A DNA stretch of 63,414 bases, the filler included. It is 4 parts of 4 records of this genome, joined end to end, with 100 filler letters (N's around TTAATTAATTAA, not from the genome) between each part and the next. Parts side by side here need not be neighbours in the genome. Positions count along the whole stretch, not along the records: positions 1 to 24,873 come from DRR723986_8696; 3 more parts are not named here. The stretch is one strand, 5' to 3'. A model generated the notes under the pieces. It made no database searches, was not told where the DNA came from, and saw only the letters and a program-made list of their open reading frames with translations. The translations under genes were made by a program, and so were the position numbers. Positions 8,366-18,538 of this stretch are shown one piece after another; the first letter of the stretch is position 1, and each line of letters begins with the position of its first letter.

Positions 8366-9775
8366 CTACAGCATGGAAGTCGGCGCCTGATACTCACTTA
8401 CAGGCAATGAAGTCTGCTTGATAGCAGAAAAACCGCCCTTGATGTTTACGAGGTGCAGGAAACCACGCGCCTGCAGAATCGATGCTGCAATGACGGAGCG
8501 GTAACCGCCCGCACAGTGGATGAAATATTCGCCATGCCGACTGAGGCTGCTCAGGTAACGATCCAGATGCTCCAGCGGAACATTCTGTACGTCCTGCAAA
8601 TGCTCAGCCTCGTACTCGGACTTCTTGCGAACATCCAGAATCATGGGAGCCGACATTGTAACACGCTGCGCCAATTCCACTGCCGTGATTTCATCCAGAG
8701 TCGCAACATCACCACCGGAAGCCTTCCAGGCTGGGATTCCACCAAGAAGGTAACCGCGCGCATTATCGTAGCCCACGCGTGCCAGACGCGTAACAACTTC
8801 TTCTTCGCGGCCAGCGTCGGCCACAAAAATAATCCGCTGCTTAAGGTCTGAAATCAGCGCGCCAACCCAGGGTGCAAAACCACCGTCAATGCCGATGAAA
8901 ATGGCACCGGGGATGTGACCGGCCGCAAAGTCGTCCGCACTGCGCGTGTCGAGCAGCAAAACACCTTCGGCCTGTAATTCGGCCTTAAACTCTACAATGT
9001 CAAGGGCACGCTTACCGCGTTGCATCACTGCGTCAAAGGTGTCATAACCTTCGCGGTTGAGGCGCGCGTTGTGCGGAAAGTAGGCCGGCGGCTCGGTTAG
9101 CCCCGCGGTAACGGCTTCAATAAATTCCGTGCGCGTCATATCTGCGCGTAAAGCGTAATTGACTTTTTTCTGATGGCCCAGAGTATCACTTGTCTGGTCA
9201 CTCATCATCTTACCACAGGCCGAGCCGGCGCCGTGGCCGGGAAACACAATAACGCTGTCGTGTAGAGGCAGAATCTTGTCGTGCAGAGAATCGTATAAGC
9301 TGCCTGCCAAATCTTCCCGCGAGCATTCGCCGCTTACTGCTAAATCCGGGCGGCCAACATCACCGATAAACAGTGTGTCGCCAGTGAAAATGGCATAGTC
9401 CCTGCCATGTTCATCTATTAAAAGGTAGGTACTGGACTCCATAGTATGACCGGGTGTATGCAGCACTTTAATCTGCACTTTTCCGACCTGCAGAATTTGA
9501 TTGTCTGCGGCAATCAGGGCACTGAAGTTGGGCTGAGCGCCTGGGCCGTAGACTATCTGCGCGCCACTTTTTTTGGCCAGATCAAGGTGACCGGAGACAA
9601 AGTCAGCATGAAAATGCGTCTCCAGTACATACTTGATGGCAGCGCCGTCACGCTGCGCGCGTTCCAGATAGGGTTGCGGTTCGCGCAAAGGATCAATGAC
9701 GACAGCTTCACCGGCAGACTCTATATAGTATGCGGCTTCTGCCAGGCATCCGGTATAGATTTGTTCAATTTTCAT
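8366..9775 (-). CDS. MBL-fold metallo-hydrolase (persulfide dioxygenase-like) fused to two rhodanese domains
   Basis: ETHFHADFVSGH, HTPGHT, FTGDTLFIGDVGRPDL, PGHGAGSACG; rhodanese HIPGA and HCAGGYRS. ATG at 9775 after a GGAGG RBS. Confidence 0.93.
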   Translation of the reverse strand: MKIEQIYTGCLAEAAYYIESAGEAVVIDPLREPQPYLERAQRDGAAIKYVLETHFHADFVSGHLDLAKKSGAQIVYGPGAQPNFSALIAADNQILQVGKVQIKVLHTPGHTMESSTYLLIDEHGRDYAIFTGDTLFIGDVGRPDLAVSGECSREDLAGSLYDSLHDKILPLHDSVIVFPGHGAGSACGKMMSDQTSDTLGHQKKVNYALRADMTRTEFIEAVTAGLTEPPAYFPHNARLNREGYDTFDAVMQRGKRALDIVEFKAELQAEGVLLLDTRSADDFAAGHIPGAIFIGIDGGFAPWVGALISDLKQRIIFVADAGREEEVVTRLARVGYDNARGYLLGGIPAWKASGGDVATLDEITAVELAQRVTMSAPMILDVRKKSEYEAEHLQDVQNVPLEHLDRYLSSLSRHGEYFIHCAGGYRSVIAASILQARGFLHLVNIKGGFSAIKQTSLPVSEYQAPTSML

Positions 9776-10083
9776 GCGTTTTCCTCCTGCCGGGCGGCGG
9801 CTGCAAGCGAGCCAACAATTGCGCACTAAGTCATCTGATTAGCGGCAAGATAGCGCTGGATACCTGCTCCCACACTGACTGGAATCAGGCCAAAACATGA
9901 TTTCTTTCCGCCGAAACACGTAGCTGACATTTACAGTAGGAGATTTGGCAGCATTTTGGTAACATTTTTTACAAAAGGCAAAGGCCGGAACGTACAGAAA
10001 TTTGGCACCTTAGCACGTGTTACTCCGGCCAGTATTTTTCATGATATTGGCCGCACAAACAAACAAAACGGCGATACCGCTGA

Positions 10084-10112
10084 TTGACATTGTTTTACTT
10101 TTTGTATGTTTG
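10084..10112 (+). promoter_or_regulatory. Candidate promoter TTGACA...TATGTTTG for the envelope cluster
   Basis: TTGACA at 10084-10089 and a TAnnTTTG match at 10105-10112, about 320 nt upstream of the CDS at 10433. Confidence 0.5.
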
Positions 10113-10432
10113 TACTCCGGCCCTTTACCAAACGCGGGAATCGTGCATACTTGACTGGCAGAGTTCCAACAACTGTAAGAATGACGCTATAAGAACTCTT
10201 CATTGCCGACTGTAGAACACTAGCTAAAAATTGTAATTTTGTCAGAGCGTGAACAACCGTTCGCGCCGGAAATACCTTTAACTGCGTTTACCCTTGTAAC
10301 AGTCGGGTCGCACTTCTCATACTCTATTGATTTCGCCAACAGGCCGGGGCAATACTGTGCCTGGCGCAAGGCGGTGGGAACCCTCTCACCGAACCGGCAT
10401 TCCAGAAGTCTTACACACTCGGGATTTGATTT

Positions 10433-11464
10433 ATGCTTTTGCAAAAGTTTGTGCCGCATTGTCTGCGAGCCGCCGGCGTGCTAGTGCTGCTTGCAGTACT
10501 CAGTTCATGCGGCAGCAGTACAATCCAGACGCAGGGAAATATCAATGGCCCGCAGCGCTTTAACGTGGAGTTAAAGGAAGGCCGTGAAATTGTGGACCGC
10601 TGTGCGACCGACGGGCGCCGAATGCGCTCTATACGTACAGCGGTAGAGCCGGTCTACCTACCGCCCAGCGATACACGCGATGGACGCTACATCGTGTGGG
10701 CCCTGGGCAATTGTGAGAATCCCGAGGATGCGCGTTACGAAATTCCAGCCGGACATATTGAGCGCATTACGGAAATAGGCACGCCGGTAACGCCGCCCGC
10801 ACCACGCCAGCCCAACGTGGAAGAGTGCGAAGAGTGTAAGTGCTGCCGCAGGCGTAATGCCGACTTCCTGAGCTTTAACAAGATTGAAGTGCGCGGCATG
10901 CTCGCATACCGTGCTACCGACGAGCAAACATATATCCATCAGGGTGAATTTGGGCCAGAGGAATTCCCTTCGTCCTTCTTCAACTTTGACCGCGGCGGTT
11001 CAAACATGGTTCTGGGACTGGAAGCGGCGGCCCTCTGGAATCTGGATGATGACCAGCACTTTCAGCTGGGACCATTTTTTGGTTACTGGCCGATCGACGG
11101 CGCCAACTTCATTCCGGTGGCGGCACATGCGCGTTATACCTTCAACCCCAACCCGGACACGACGGCCTACCAGCAGGACTGCAAAACACCATATGTGTTT
11201 GCGCAGCTGGGTTTACCGCTTGACTTTGAGTCGGGAGCGCCCGTCATCGGCCCCGACTTTGACCGCCAGCGCTACTTCTACAGCCTGGGCATTGGTTATG
11301 AGTGGGATTACAATTGTGATATGGATATCGCAATTGATCTTGGTTTCAGGACAATGAATAATCCGCTGCCGGAGATTGATTGCTGTGACCAGGTACCCGA
11401 AAGCGAACGCAATCCCTACCGTAAATCCAGCATGCTCTTCCTGCGGCTGGGCGTGACGTGGTAA
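10433..11464 (+). CDS. Cys-rich putative lipoprotein with a C-terminal outer-membrane beta-barrel-like domain
   Basis: Lipobox LAVLSSC, Pro/Cys linker (EECEECKCC), amphipathic strands (FYSLGIGYEW, IAIDLGF), terminal LRLGVTW. Confidence 0.7.
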   Translation: MLLQKFVPHCLRAAGVLVLLAVLSSCGSSTIQTQGNINGPQRFNVELKEGREIVDRCATDGRRMRSIRTAVEPVYLPPSDTRDGRYIVWALGNCENPEDARYEIPAGHIERITEIGTPVTPPAPRQPNVEECEECKCCRRRNADFLSFNKIEVRGMLAYRATDEQTYIHQGEFGPEEFPSSFFNFDRGGSNMVLGLEAAALWNLDDDQHFQLGPFFGYWPIDGANFIPVAAHARYTFNPNPDTTAYQQDCKTPYVFAQLGLPLDFESGAPVIGPDFDRQRYFYSLGIGYEWDYNCDMDIAIDLGFRTMNNPLPEIDCCDQVPESERNPYRKSSMLFLRLGVTW

Positions 11465-11512
11465 TCCCGACAAAAAGACTCGACATCATCAATTCTAAGC
11501 CAAACCAGATAT

Positions 11513-13828
11513 ATGCATACACAAGAACAATTTGACCCCGGCCGGCAGAACTGTCAACAGAAAGAACAACAGTACTGTCAACAGAAGCGGGCAGGCCACT
11601 CTCAGGTTTTTGGGACTCTGCGCCTGCTGTTTTGGAGCGCCGCAGCTGTAATGCTGCTGCTTATGCCCTTTGGCTGCTCAGAAACCGTGACTCCAACCGA
11701 AGAAACCTTCAGCCCCGTTTTGCGGGTTGAGGTCTACGAACGTGTTCCGCCCGCCGGAACGCTGCGTTTTGTTGACAATGCTGAAGTCCAGCTCAACCGC
11801 ATTGCGCTGAGCAACGAGCAGCAGAGCGGACTTGTAGCTACGCGCCGCACGGAAGGCAACGATCCGGCGCTGTTCACGGATCTGGACGTGCTGCTCACGG
11901 GTGAACTCTACACCGTGCTGGTGGATGCCGCCGGCCGCGCCGGGTTTTCGCCTGAATTCCTGATGTGCGCCGATACAACGCTGCGCCTGGTAATTGAGCC
12001 GCCCAGCATTCTCAACTGCGGCAATCCGAATATCCGTGAAACGCTGCGCTTCTTTGACGATCAGCTGCCGCCCAGCCCGGAGCTTATCCAGAATACGCCT
12101 ATCGGAAGCGAACGCTACTGCATCTACGTGCCAATCACAGCGCCGGCCAACGAAGCGATCCGCGTTAACATTCCACCAAACTACGGCAACGTGGAACCGT
12201 TTACGCTCGTTGATATTCTGGTCAATAATGTAGAGGCGCGCCGCCCCAGTTTTGACCTGAACCCAGGCCAAACGGCCACTTTTCAGTTTTGCGTCAGCAC
12301 CGCTCAAGCCGGCGCCTTTGATGAACAGCTGCCACCGTTTGAAATTCAATGTATCAGTTCCGGACAGAGCGGCAGTGTGCGCCTGCGCCTGCAGGCCGAA
12401 GTTGTTCCGCCGGAATGCGACTGCGACCGCAACTTTGAGGCGAGCTTCGATTTTGAGCAGGTCCGTGTTGGCACCAGCGCCGAGCTGAGCGAAGTTGTGA
12501 TTGAAAACACCTTCCCCTGCGAGATTACCATTGAAGCCCCTACGCCATTCATTACGGCGCCATTCCAGCTGCTCAGCCCCACGCCTAATGACTTTCCTCT
12601 GACGCTGGCGCCGGGTGAATCCCTGGCCCTGCGCGTAGCATTTGAGCCGCAGCAGGCCGGAGAATTTGAGCTGGAAAGCAGCCTGGCAGTCATCGTGCCA
12701 AATGACGGTGACGACTGCCAGATTGATCTGGAAATCGAAGGAATCGGCTGCAACGATGCATGCCCACGCATTCGAATCAACAACGGCAACGAATTCACAT
12801 TGGACGGCCGCAGCAGCCTGGACACCATGTCCAATCGCCCTGACCGCCGCGTGTATTTCTACACCGATGCCTATGATCGCAACTCCGGCATTGCCGCTGA
12901 GCTGCAGCCGGTGGTGGAACGCACGCTGACGCTGATTGTACCGGATACGCTCTGCGAGGCTTCAGACTTTGAGCTGAATATCTTTGACGGTACGCCAAAT
13001 GACGGCGTTGATGATCTGCAATATTTTGAGGTAGACCCGCAAAGTTTCTCCCTCAGCCCCGGCGAAGAGCGCGAAGTCACAGTGCGTTTTACCGCACCGC
13101 GTGTAGATGACTTCAAAGCCAACGTCGAGCCCCGGCGCGCGCCGCAGGACCCGACCGACAGTCTCTTCTCCGTCGTCGTCACGTTGCGCTCACAAGGCTG
13201 CGAGCTGACGCAAACGCTGCACGCCATCGTCACCAACTGCCCGAACTTCGTGCCGCTGGTAGAACTGGTAGCGTACAATCAGAGAACACGCCGCCAGCCC
13301 AACAACGCCGATTATCAAGTCTACTACTTCTGCCAGCCGCGCAGCCAGGACATCGAGTCCGAATTCGCTGATCTGGCGCCTGCGGATCCTCCAATCTACG
13401 GTGACCTGTATGTAACGGTGCCGGATCCAAATCAGCCGGATCCGCCGCAGCTGCCGACGCTGCGCATCCGCACAGCCGGTCAGGATCCAAGGCTGGGTGA
13501 TGCCGATCCGCTCTTTGATGCATTTGCCGAAGTGCCGCTCAACGGCGTCTTTGCCGGCATCGACACACCCGAAGAGTTCAAAGATGTCTGCGGGCAAATC
13601 ATCCCCAGCTTCTGTTCGGTAGCCTCAAACCTGAACTACAATCTGACTGCCGTGGAGCTTGACTTCAACGATCTGGGCAAAATTTACGCCTTCCGGCCCG
13701 CGGCCGGCGGCGAGAGTGGTTTTGCCCTGATTTACGTCAATCGCGTCGATAACGGCCAGGCCAACAACGCGCTGATTTCCAACGTTGGTTTTTACGCTAT
13801 CGGTTGCATCGACTGCTCGTCGAATTAA
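11513..13828 (+). CDS. Large putative lipoprotein with repeated Ig-like (ASH/choice-of-anchor D-like) domains
   Basis: Lipobox LMPFGC; repeated (F/L)xLxPG(E/Q)xxxxxVxFxP motifs; many Cys. Start position uncertain. Confidence 0.7.
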   Translation: MHTQEQFDPGRQNCQQKEQQYCQQKRAGHSQVFGTLRLLFWSAAAVMLLLMPFGCSETVTPTEETFSPVLRVEVYERVPPAGTLRFVDNAEVQLNRIALSNEQQSGLVATRRTEGNDPALFTDLDVLLTGELYTVLVDAAGRAGFSPEFLMCADTTLRLVIEPPSILNCGNPNIRETLRFFDDQLPPSPELIQNTPIGSERYCIYVPITAPANEAIRVNIPPNYGNVEPFTLVDILVNNVEARRPSFDLNPGQTATFQFCVSTAQAGAFDEQLPPFEIQCISSGQSGSVRLRLQAEVVPPECDCDRNFEASFDFEQVRVGTSAELSEVVIENTFPCEITIEAPTPFITAPFQLLSPTPNDFPLTLAPGESLALRVAFEPQQAGEFELESSLAVIVPNDGDDCQIDLEIEGIGCNDACPRIRINNGNEFTLDGRSSLDTMSNRPDRRVYFYTDAYDRNSGIAAELQPVVERTLTLIVPDTLCEASDFELNIFDGTPNDGVDDLQYFEVDPQSFSLSPGEEREVTVRFTAPRVDDFKANVEPRRAPQDPTDSLFSVVVTLRSQGCELTQTLHAIVTNCPNFVPLVELVAYNQRTRRQPNNADYQVYYFCQPRSQDIESEFADLAPADPPIYGDLYVTVPDPNQPDPPQLPTLRIRTAGQDPRLGDADPLFDAFAEVPLNGVFAGIDTPEEFKDVCGQIIPSFCSVASNLNYNLTAVELDFNDLGKIYAFRPAAGGESGFALIYVNRVDNGQANNALISNVGFYAIGCIDCSSN

Positions 13829-13843
13829 GGCTGCCGAACCGCT

Positions 13844-13867
13844 GCGGCAGGACCAAAGTCCTGCCGC
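13844..13867. other. Perfect GC-rich hairpin without a U-tract inside the envelope cluster
   Basis: GCGGCAGGAC-CAAA-GTCCTGCCGC. Confidence 0.6.
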
Positions 13868-13972
13868 GCTCTGATGTCATCAACGTGATTCTGTCTACTT
13901 AACATCTGTCAATCATCTTGTCGGCGCCTGCAGCAACAGGCGCACCTGACTATAGAATTGGGAATCTGATCC

Positions 13973-16672
13973 ATGCAGAAAATCCTTCGTGCTCTACCGC
14001 TTGCCTGCTTTGTTCTCTGGCTCGGGCTTGGAGCTGTGGGCGCCGGTGACGCCCAGCTAATGGCACAGCCTGCCGGTGGTAAACTCAACATCCCCGTCAA
14101 CGATGCCATCAGCTCAGTCAATGACTACGCCGCATTTATCACTCAGGAAAACGGTGAAGATGTGCTCGTCTTTACGAGCGACCGCCTGCGCCTGAGCGAA
14201 GACGGCGAACGCATCGTCAAAGTCCGCGAAGCCGAACTCTACCGTTCAAAGCGGCCGCTCTCAGCGCGCGACGGCGCAGCGGTCAATCAGGGCTGGGGTG
14301 ACCCCACGCGCATCTCCGCCGGCGATAAACTGGCCAACCGCCAATACAATCGCGGCGCCTTTGCACGCCATGGTGACGTCATTGTCTTTGCCGCCGAACA
14401 GCAGCTGAGCACCGACGGCAACTCCAGCAGCCACCTCTTCAGCTTGTGGATGACAACTGACAATTTTGCGAGTTTTACCGAACTGAGCGATATCTGTGAG
14501 GATGACGCCTGGGACACACAACCGGCCTTCAGCCGCGATGGTAAAATCCTGTTCTTTGTCTCCAACCGGCTTGAAGACCGCAAGGACAGCGTCCGCGACA
14601 ACAATATCTGGTACAGCCGCCGCATGGGATCGGACTGGTCTGCCCCCGAACTGGTGCCCGATATCAATACGCCGGGTGAGGACTACACACCTTCAGTCGG
14701 GCCGGACGGATACTTCTATCTGGCATCCAACTGGAAAGGTAGCGCCGCCGGTGACTTTGATATTTTCCGCTGCAAAATGCGCATGAACGGCATGCCGCTC
14801 GGCCCGCCACGCAAACTGGAAGAATCGTTTGCCGATGACTACGCCCGCCGGCCATTGCTCCCCGACGGCCTGGAATACAACACCGGCGCCGACGAACTTT
14901 TCCCGCATGTGGCACAGTGGGGCGATGAGTTCCTCATGTTCCTGACTTCAAATCGCGGCAACGTACGCGACGATCAAAATTCCGACGCCGAACTTGTTGG
15001 TGGACTCGACCTGTATGCTTTTGACTTTCCATGGCCCAAAATCTGTGTGCAGGTGCACGTGCGCCGCAAAGTTGTGACTGCCGGTGGCAATCCCGACAAC
15101 TTCCCATGGCAAACCTATAAAAGCAATCTTATCATCGAAGAAGTTGGCGGCGAACGCCGCACCATCAGCTCCGACACCGAATTCGATCTGCAGGGCCACA
15201 AAGAGTATTCACTCAGCCTGGCAGATGCAAATGTCGATTGTGGTGACTGCATGGTCTACTATCCCGACATGCCCGGCAAACAGAGCAGCAACGCGCTGCA
15301 CATGTTTACAGGCGGCCAGGATTCCTGCCTGATACGCGATACCATCGAAGTTGTCTGCATGTTACGGCGCGACTCCGTCAGCCTGCAAACGCAGGACGCC
15401 GCCGGATTTTTCATCACGGGTTACTGGAAACCAACTACAAACGACAACTACAAAGAATTTGAGCAGCGCTGGGAAAATGGCGCACTTGCCAAAAGTGGTT
15501 TCGTGGATCCTTTTGACTTCAACTACGCCGCTACTGCCGCCAAAGTTGAAGACCACTTTGAGCAGCACGTCTACCAGCGAATTGACAACATCCTGCAGAA
15601 ATTTGAGAATACCTGCCTGGGAATCAAACCCGTTCTGCGCATCAGCGTGCACGGATATACGGACGATTGTGGCCTCACTGACGGCGTCTATACTGCCGAT
15701 GGTGACATTGTTGTTGGTGGCACCAAAATTGCCGCCGGCCAGCGCATGTGGGCTTCCAAGCTGCCGCGCGTCGATGGTGGCACAGAGTTTCTGCCCGGGC
15801 GTGGCCAGCGCGGCAACGTCATTCTCTCCAAGCTACGCGCGCACTTTACCGCACAAACAATCACAGAGACAATGCGCGAGCGCAGTAAACTCTTCCGCCG
15901 TTTCTACGAGGATGGTCAAATCATTATCGACGCCGACGGCTTTGGCGTTTTTGGACGCGCACAATGCGACGATAATCAGCGGATTGACAATCTTGGTCTG
16001 GTCAACCAGCCGGTAAAATTTGTGCCGGGAGGACTCACGGAAGACAAAGAGAAAACTGGCCGCTACAAGTTCAAGACGGGACCAGGTGGCGCCGAAATTC
16101 TGGACGAACCCTGTAATAATCCGCTCAACCGGCGCATGACCGTCTATTTTGACGTGGTCGATGGCTCCGTACAGCAGAACTACACCGTCGGCCGTTGTGG
16201 TTTTGAATCTCCCGAGTACCTGCGCTGGGAACTCAAGAGTCAGGGTCAGCTTATCGCACGCCAGCGCTCTGCGGAAGAAGAACGCGCCAAACGCGCTTTG
16301 CAGGGCAAGGAAGTCGAACTCAATGCTTCGGTTGAAACCTTGGACGACCCGACTGTAAGTGAATCCGCCGGACCGGTCTATGTTTTGCAGCTGGCCAATG
16401 CTGGCTCCCAGGAAGAGGCACTCATGGTCCAGACGATTCTGCGCCTGCTTAACTACAAACAGGTCGAAACCTATCAGGCCGGTGATAGTGACTTCCGTTT
16501 TGTGGATAGCCGCCGTTTTGAATTTGAGAGTGATGCCACCAGTGCGCGTAAGCTCTACGAGCAGCGCGTCGCCGAATTTTATCGCGGTCTGGCGGAAGAT
16601 GTTGTCCAGACAAATAATCTGGAGCAGCTTTTGCAGTCTACTATTTCTACAGCAGTCGAGGATAGCGAATAA
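13973..16672 (+). CDS. Secreted protein with PD40/TolB-like beta-propeller, divergent OmpA-like domain and C-terminal SPOR-like domain
   Basis: PD40 repeats (DTQPAFSRDGKILFFVSNR, INTPGEDYTPSVGPDG); OmpA-like ISVHGYTD, NVILSKLRA, DGFG, NRR; YVLQLA near the C-terminus. Confidence 0.75.
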   Translation: MQKILRALPLACFVLWLGLGAVGAGDAQLMAQPAGGKLNIPVNDAISSVNDYAAFITQENGEDVLVFTSDRLRLSEDGERIVKVREAELYRSKRPLSARDGAAVNQGWGDPTRISAGDKLANRQYNRGAFARHGDVIVFAAEQQLSTDGNSSSHLFSLWMTTDNFASFTELSDICEDDAWDTQPAFSRDGKILFFVSNRLEDRKDSVRDNNIWYSRRMGSDWSAPELVPDINTPGEDYTPSVGPDGYFYLASNWKGSAAGDFDIFRCKMRMNGMPLGPPRKLEESFADDYARRPLLPDGLEYNTGADELFPHVAQWGDEFLMFLTSNRGNVRDDQNSDAELVGGLDLYAFDFPWPKICVQVHVRRKVVTAGGNPDNFPWQTYKSNLIIEEVGGERRTISSDTEFDLQGHKEYSLSLADANVDCGDCMVYYPDMPGKQSSNALHMFTGGQDSCLIRDTIEVVCMLRRDSVSLQTQDAAGFFITGYWKPTTNDNYKEFEQRWENGALAKSGFVDPFDFNYAATAAKVEDHFEQHVYQRIDNILQKFENTCLGIKPVLRISVHGYTDDCGLTDGVYTADGDIVVGGTKIAAGQRMWASKLPRVDGGTEFLPGRGQRGNVILSKLRAHFTAQTITETMRERSKLFRRFYEDGQIIIDADGFGVFGRAQCDDNQRIDNLGLVNQPVKFVPGGLTEDKEKTGRYKFKTGPGGAEILDEPCNNPLNRRMTVYFDVVDGSVQQNYTVGRCGFESPEYLRWELKSQGQLIARQRSAEEERAKRALQGKEVELNASVETLDDPTVSESAGPVYVLQLANAGSQEEALMVQTILRLLNYKQVETYQAGDSDFRFVDSRRFEFESDATSARKLYEQRVAEFYRGLAEDVVQTNNLEQLLQSTISTAVEDSE

Positions 16673-16908
16673 ACGCGCGGCTTGTTAGGGAAAAGCGGTC
16701 ACACCCACCTGCGGTTGTGCCCTTTTCTGCATGAGCTTCTTGTTTGTCTCCGCACTGGAAACGGCGAGCATTTGTTGCCGCCGTTTGTGACCTAATGCGC
16801 CCCAAGCTGTTAATCTCTCAAACGAATCGTCTGCTACAGGTATCTGGCTAATTAGCTTGGCACGGTCTGGGCGATGTTGCATCAACTACTAAACCTTAAA
16901 ACAGGTCT

Positions 16909-17733
16909 ATGCTCCTCGTCTGGATATTAATTGGAATCACTGTCGGCTTCAGCTACCAGGCATTTAACAAGCCCGGTTTGTTTGAGCGCATGAGTTTTAA
17001 CATTAGCGCCGTTGTGGGGAATCGCGAATACCAGCGCATCTTCACATCCGCATTTGTCCACCTGGATTGGATGCACTTGCTGTTTAACATGCTCGTGCTT
17101 TTCTTTTTTGGCGAAGCCGCCGTGCTCTTGTTTGGACTTGTCGGATTCTTCGTCATATACTTTGGCGCCAACGGCATAGGCAAGCTGTTAACACTTTATC
17201 TGCATCGCAACAACTGGGCTTATACATCTGCAGGCGCATCTGCGGCAATTAACGGAATCATTTTTGCGCTGGTTGTTGCCGCGCCATCTATGGGGATTGG
17301 GATTCTCTTCCTGCCGATTTCCATTCCGGCCTGGCTGTTTGGCCTGCTCTATGTTGCCTTTTCGATTTACGGATTTAAGAAGAGCAATGACAATATCAAC
17401 CACGCGGCTCACCTTGGCGGCGCGTTGGGTGGTGTGTTAATTGCCACTTTTATGAACCCGGAATTGCTCTATGAGAACTGGTGGGTTGTCCTACTTGTTC
17501 TGGTACCCGTCGGCGGTTTTCTGGCTCTCGCCGCTTTCCGTCCTGAGTTCCTTTTGATCGACAAACAATTCAGCTCGCGGATCCGCGAAAAACGCAGCGA
17601 TATGCGCCGCAAGTCGCAGTTAAACCAGACCGAAGAGCTTAACATCCTGCTGGAAAAAGTCAATCAAAGCGGCCTCAAGAGCCTCTCACCACACGAACGC
17701 AAACGCCTGGAAGACCTCTCGCGCAATCTCTAA
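16909..17733 (+). CDS. Rhomboid-family intramembrane serine protease with C-terminal DUF6576-like tail
   Basis: TSAFVHLDWMHLLFNM, GASAA, HAAHLGG; tail LNILLEKVNQSGLKSLSPHERKRL. Confidence 0.92.
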   Translation: MLLVWILIGITVGFSYQAFNKPGLFERMSFNISAVVGNREYQRIFTSAFVHLDWMHLLFNMLVLFFFGEAAVLLFGLVGFFVIYFGANGIGKLLTLYLHRNNWAYTSAGASAAINGIIFALVVAAPSMGIGILFLPISIPAWLFGLLYVAFSIYGFKKSNDNINHAAHLGGALGGVLIATFMNPELLYENWWVVLLVLVPVGGFLALAAFRPEFLLIDKQFSSRIREKRSDMRRKSQLNQTEELNILLEKVNQSGLKSLSPHERKRLEDLSRNL

Positions 17734-18538
17734 ATTTCTGTCGCATCGCTTGGAGCTTGGCTCTGCACAAACTTTTAACCGATGCGACAAGAACAAACTT
17801 GGTTACAGTTGAGCTAACAACAATTCAGCATTGATTGATTCAGGTGTGTAGACCGCCGCACGGCACCGCAGAACTTAATGTTTACAGAATTGCAATGTTA
17901 TCCGGAATCAAGTATTTTTATTTCCGCTTTGATTTGGATTTAAACAAAACTTCCTCCATATTCACATCTGTGAATCAGCATTTCAGTGTTTAATCCCTGC
18001 TGACAGGGTCAAACCTCCTGAATGCAATTCCTTGCCCCACAACTCTACTAAACATGTATTCAGAACAGCTCGGTCGTCGTCTTTGGTGTGGGCTCACCCC
18101 CAGTTCACTCAATAGATCACTCTGCAGGTCATTCTGTTTTTCAGTGCGCCGCCGAGAAGATTAAAGGATTACAGTTCCGCCGCCTTAGCAAGAGGTAACC
18201 TACTCCACTCCCCCCCGGATTTGACTATTAGTGGCACGTAATATCACAGACCACCTCTACGCATTCAAAACCTGATAAATCTTAACCGGCCGGTATCGGC
18301 GCGGGGCCTGGACTATTCCTGCGGCATTCAATTGTCGCGTCAGGAGTATCTGCGCCCGGGCATTCCGAGCACCCAAATGTTAAGTATTTAACTTTCACCA
18401 GCGCCATTTGACGTCACTGTTAAACAGGCGAAGGGTGGAGGCTGCTGGAATTCGTCCTGAACTTTCCAAAACACTGAATGCGGCATGTTTAGAAGACTGC
18501 ACCAATTACTACTTTATTTAACCTGAATGGAGTTTTCC

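Noticed and set aside
9970-10030. GGCAAA...GAAA segment resembling a c-di-GMP-I riboswitch
   Set aside because: It lacks a stem closing a GNRA loop, the following ACGCAAA-like motif and the second hairpin.
11550-11587. ACTGTCAACAGAA repeated at a 24-bp period at the start of the Ig lipoprotein gene
   Set aside because: A two-copy in-frame duplication in a poorly constrained leader; no evidence for phase variation or an operator.
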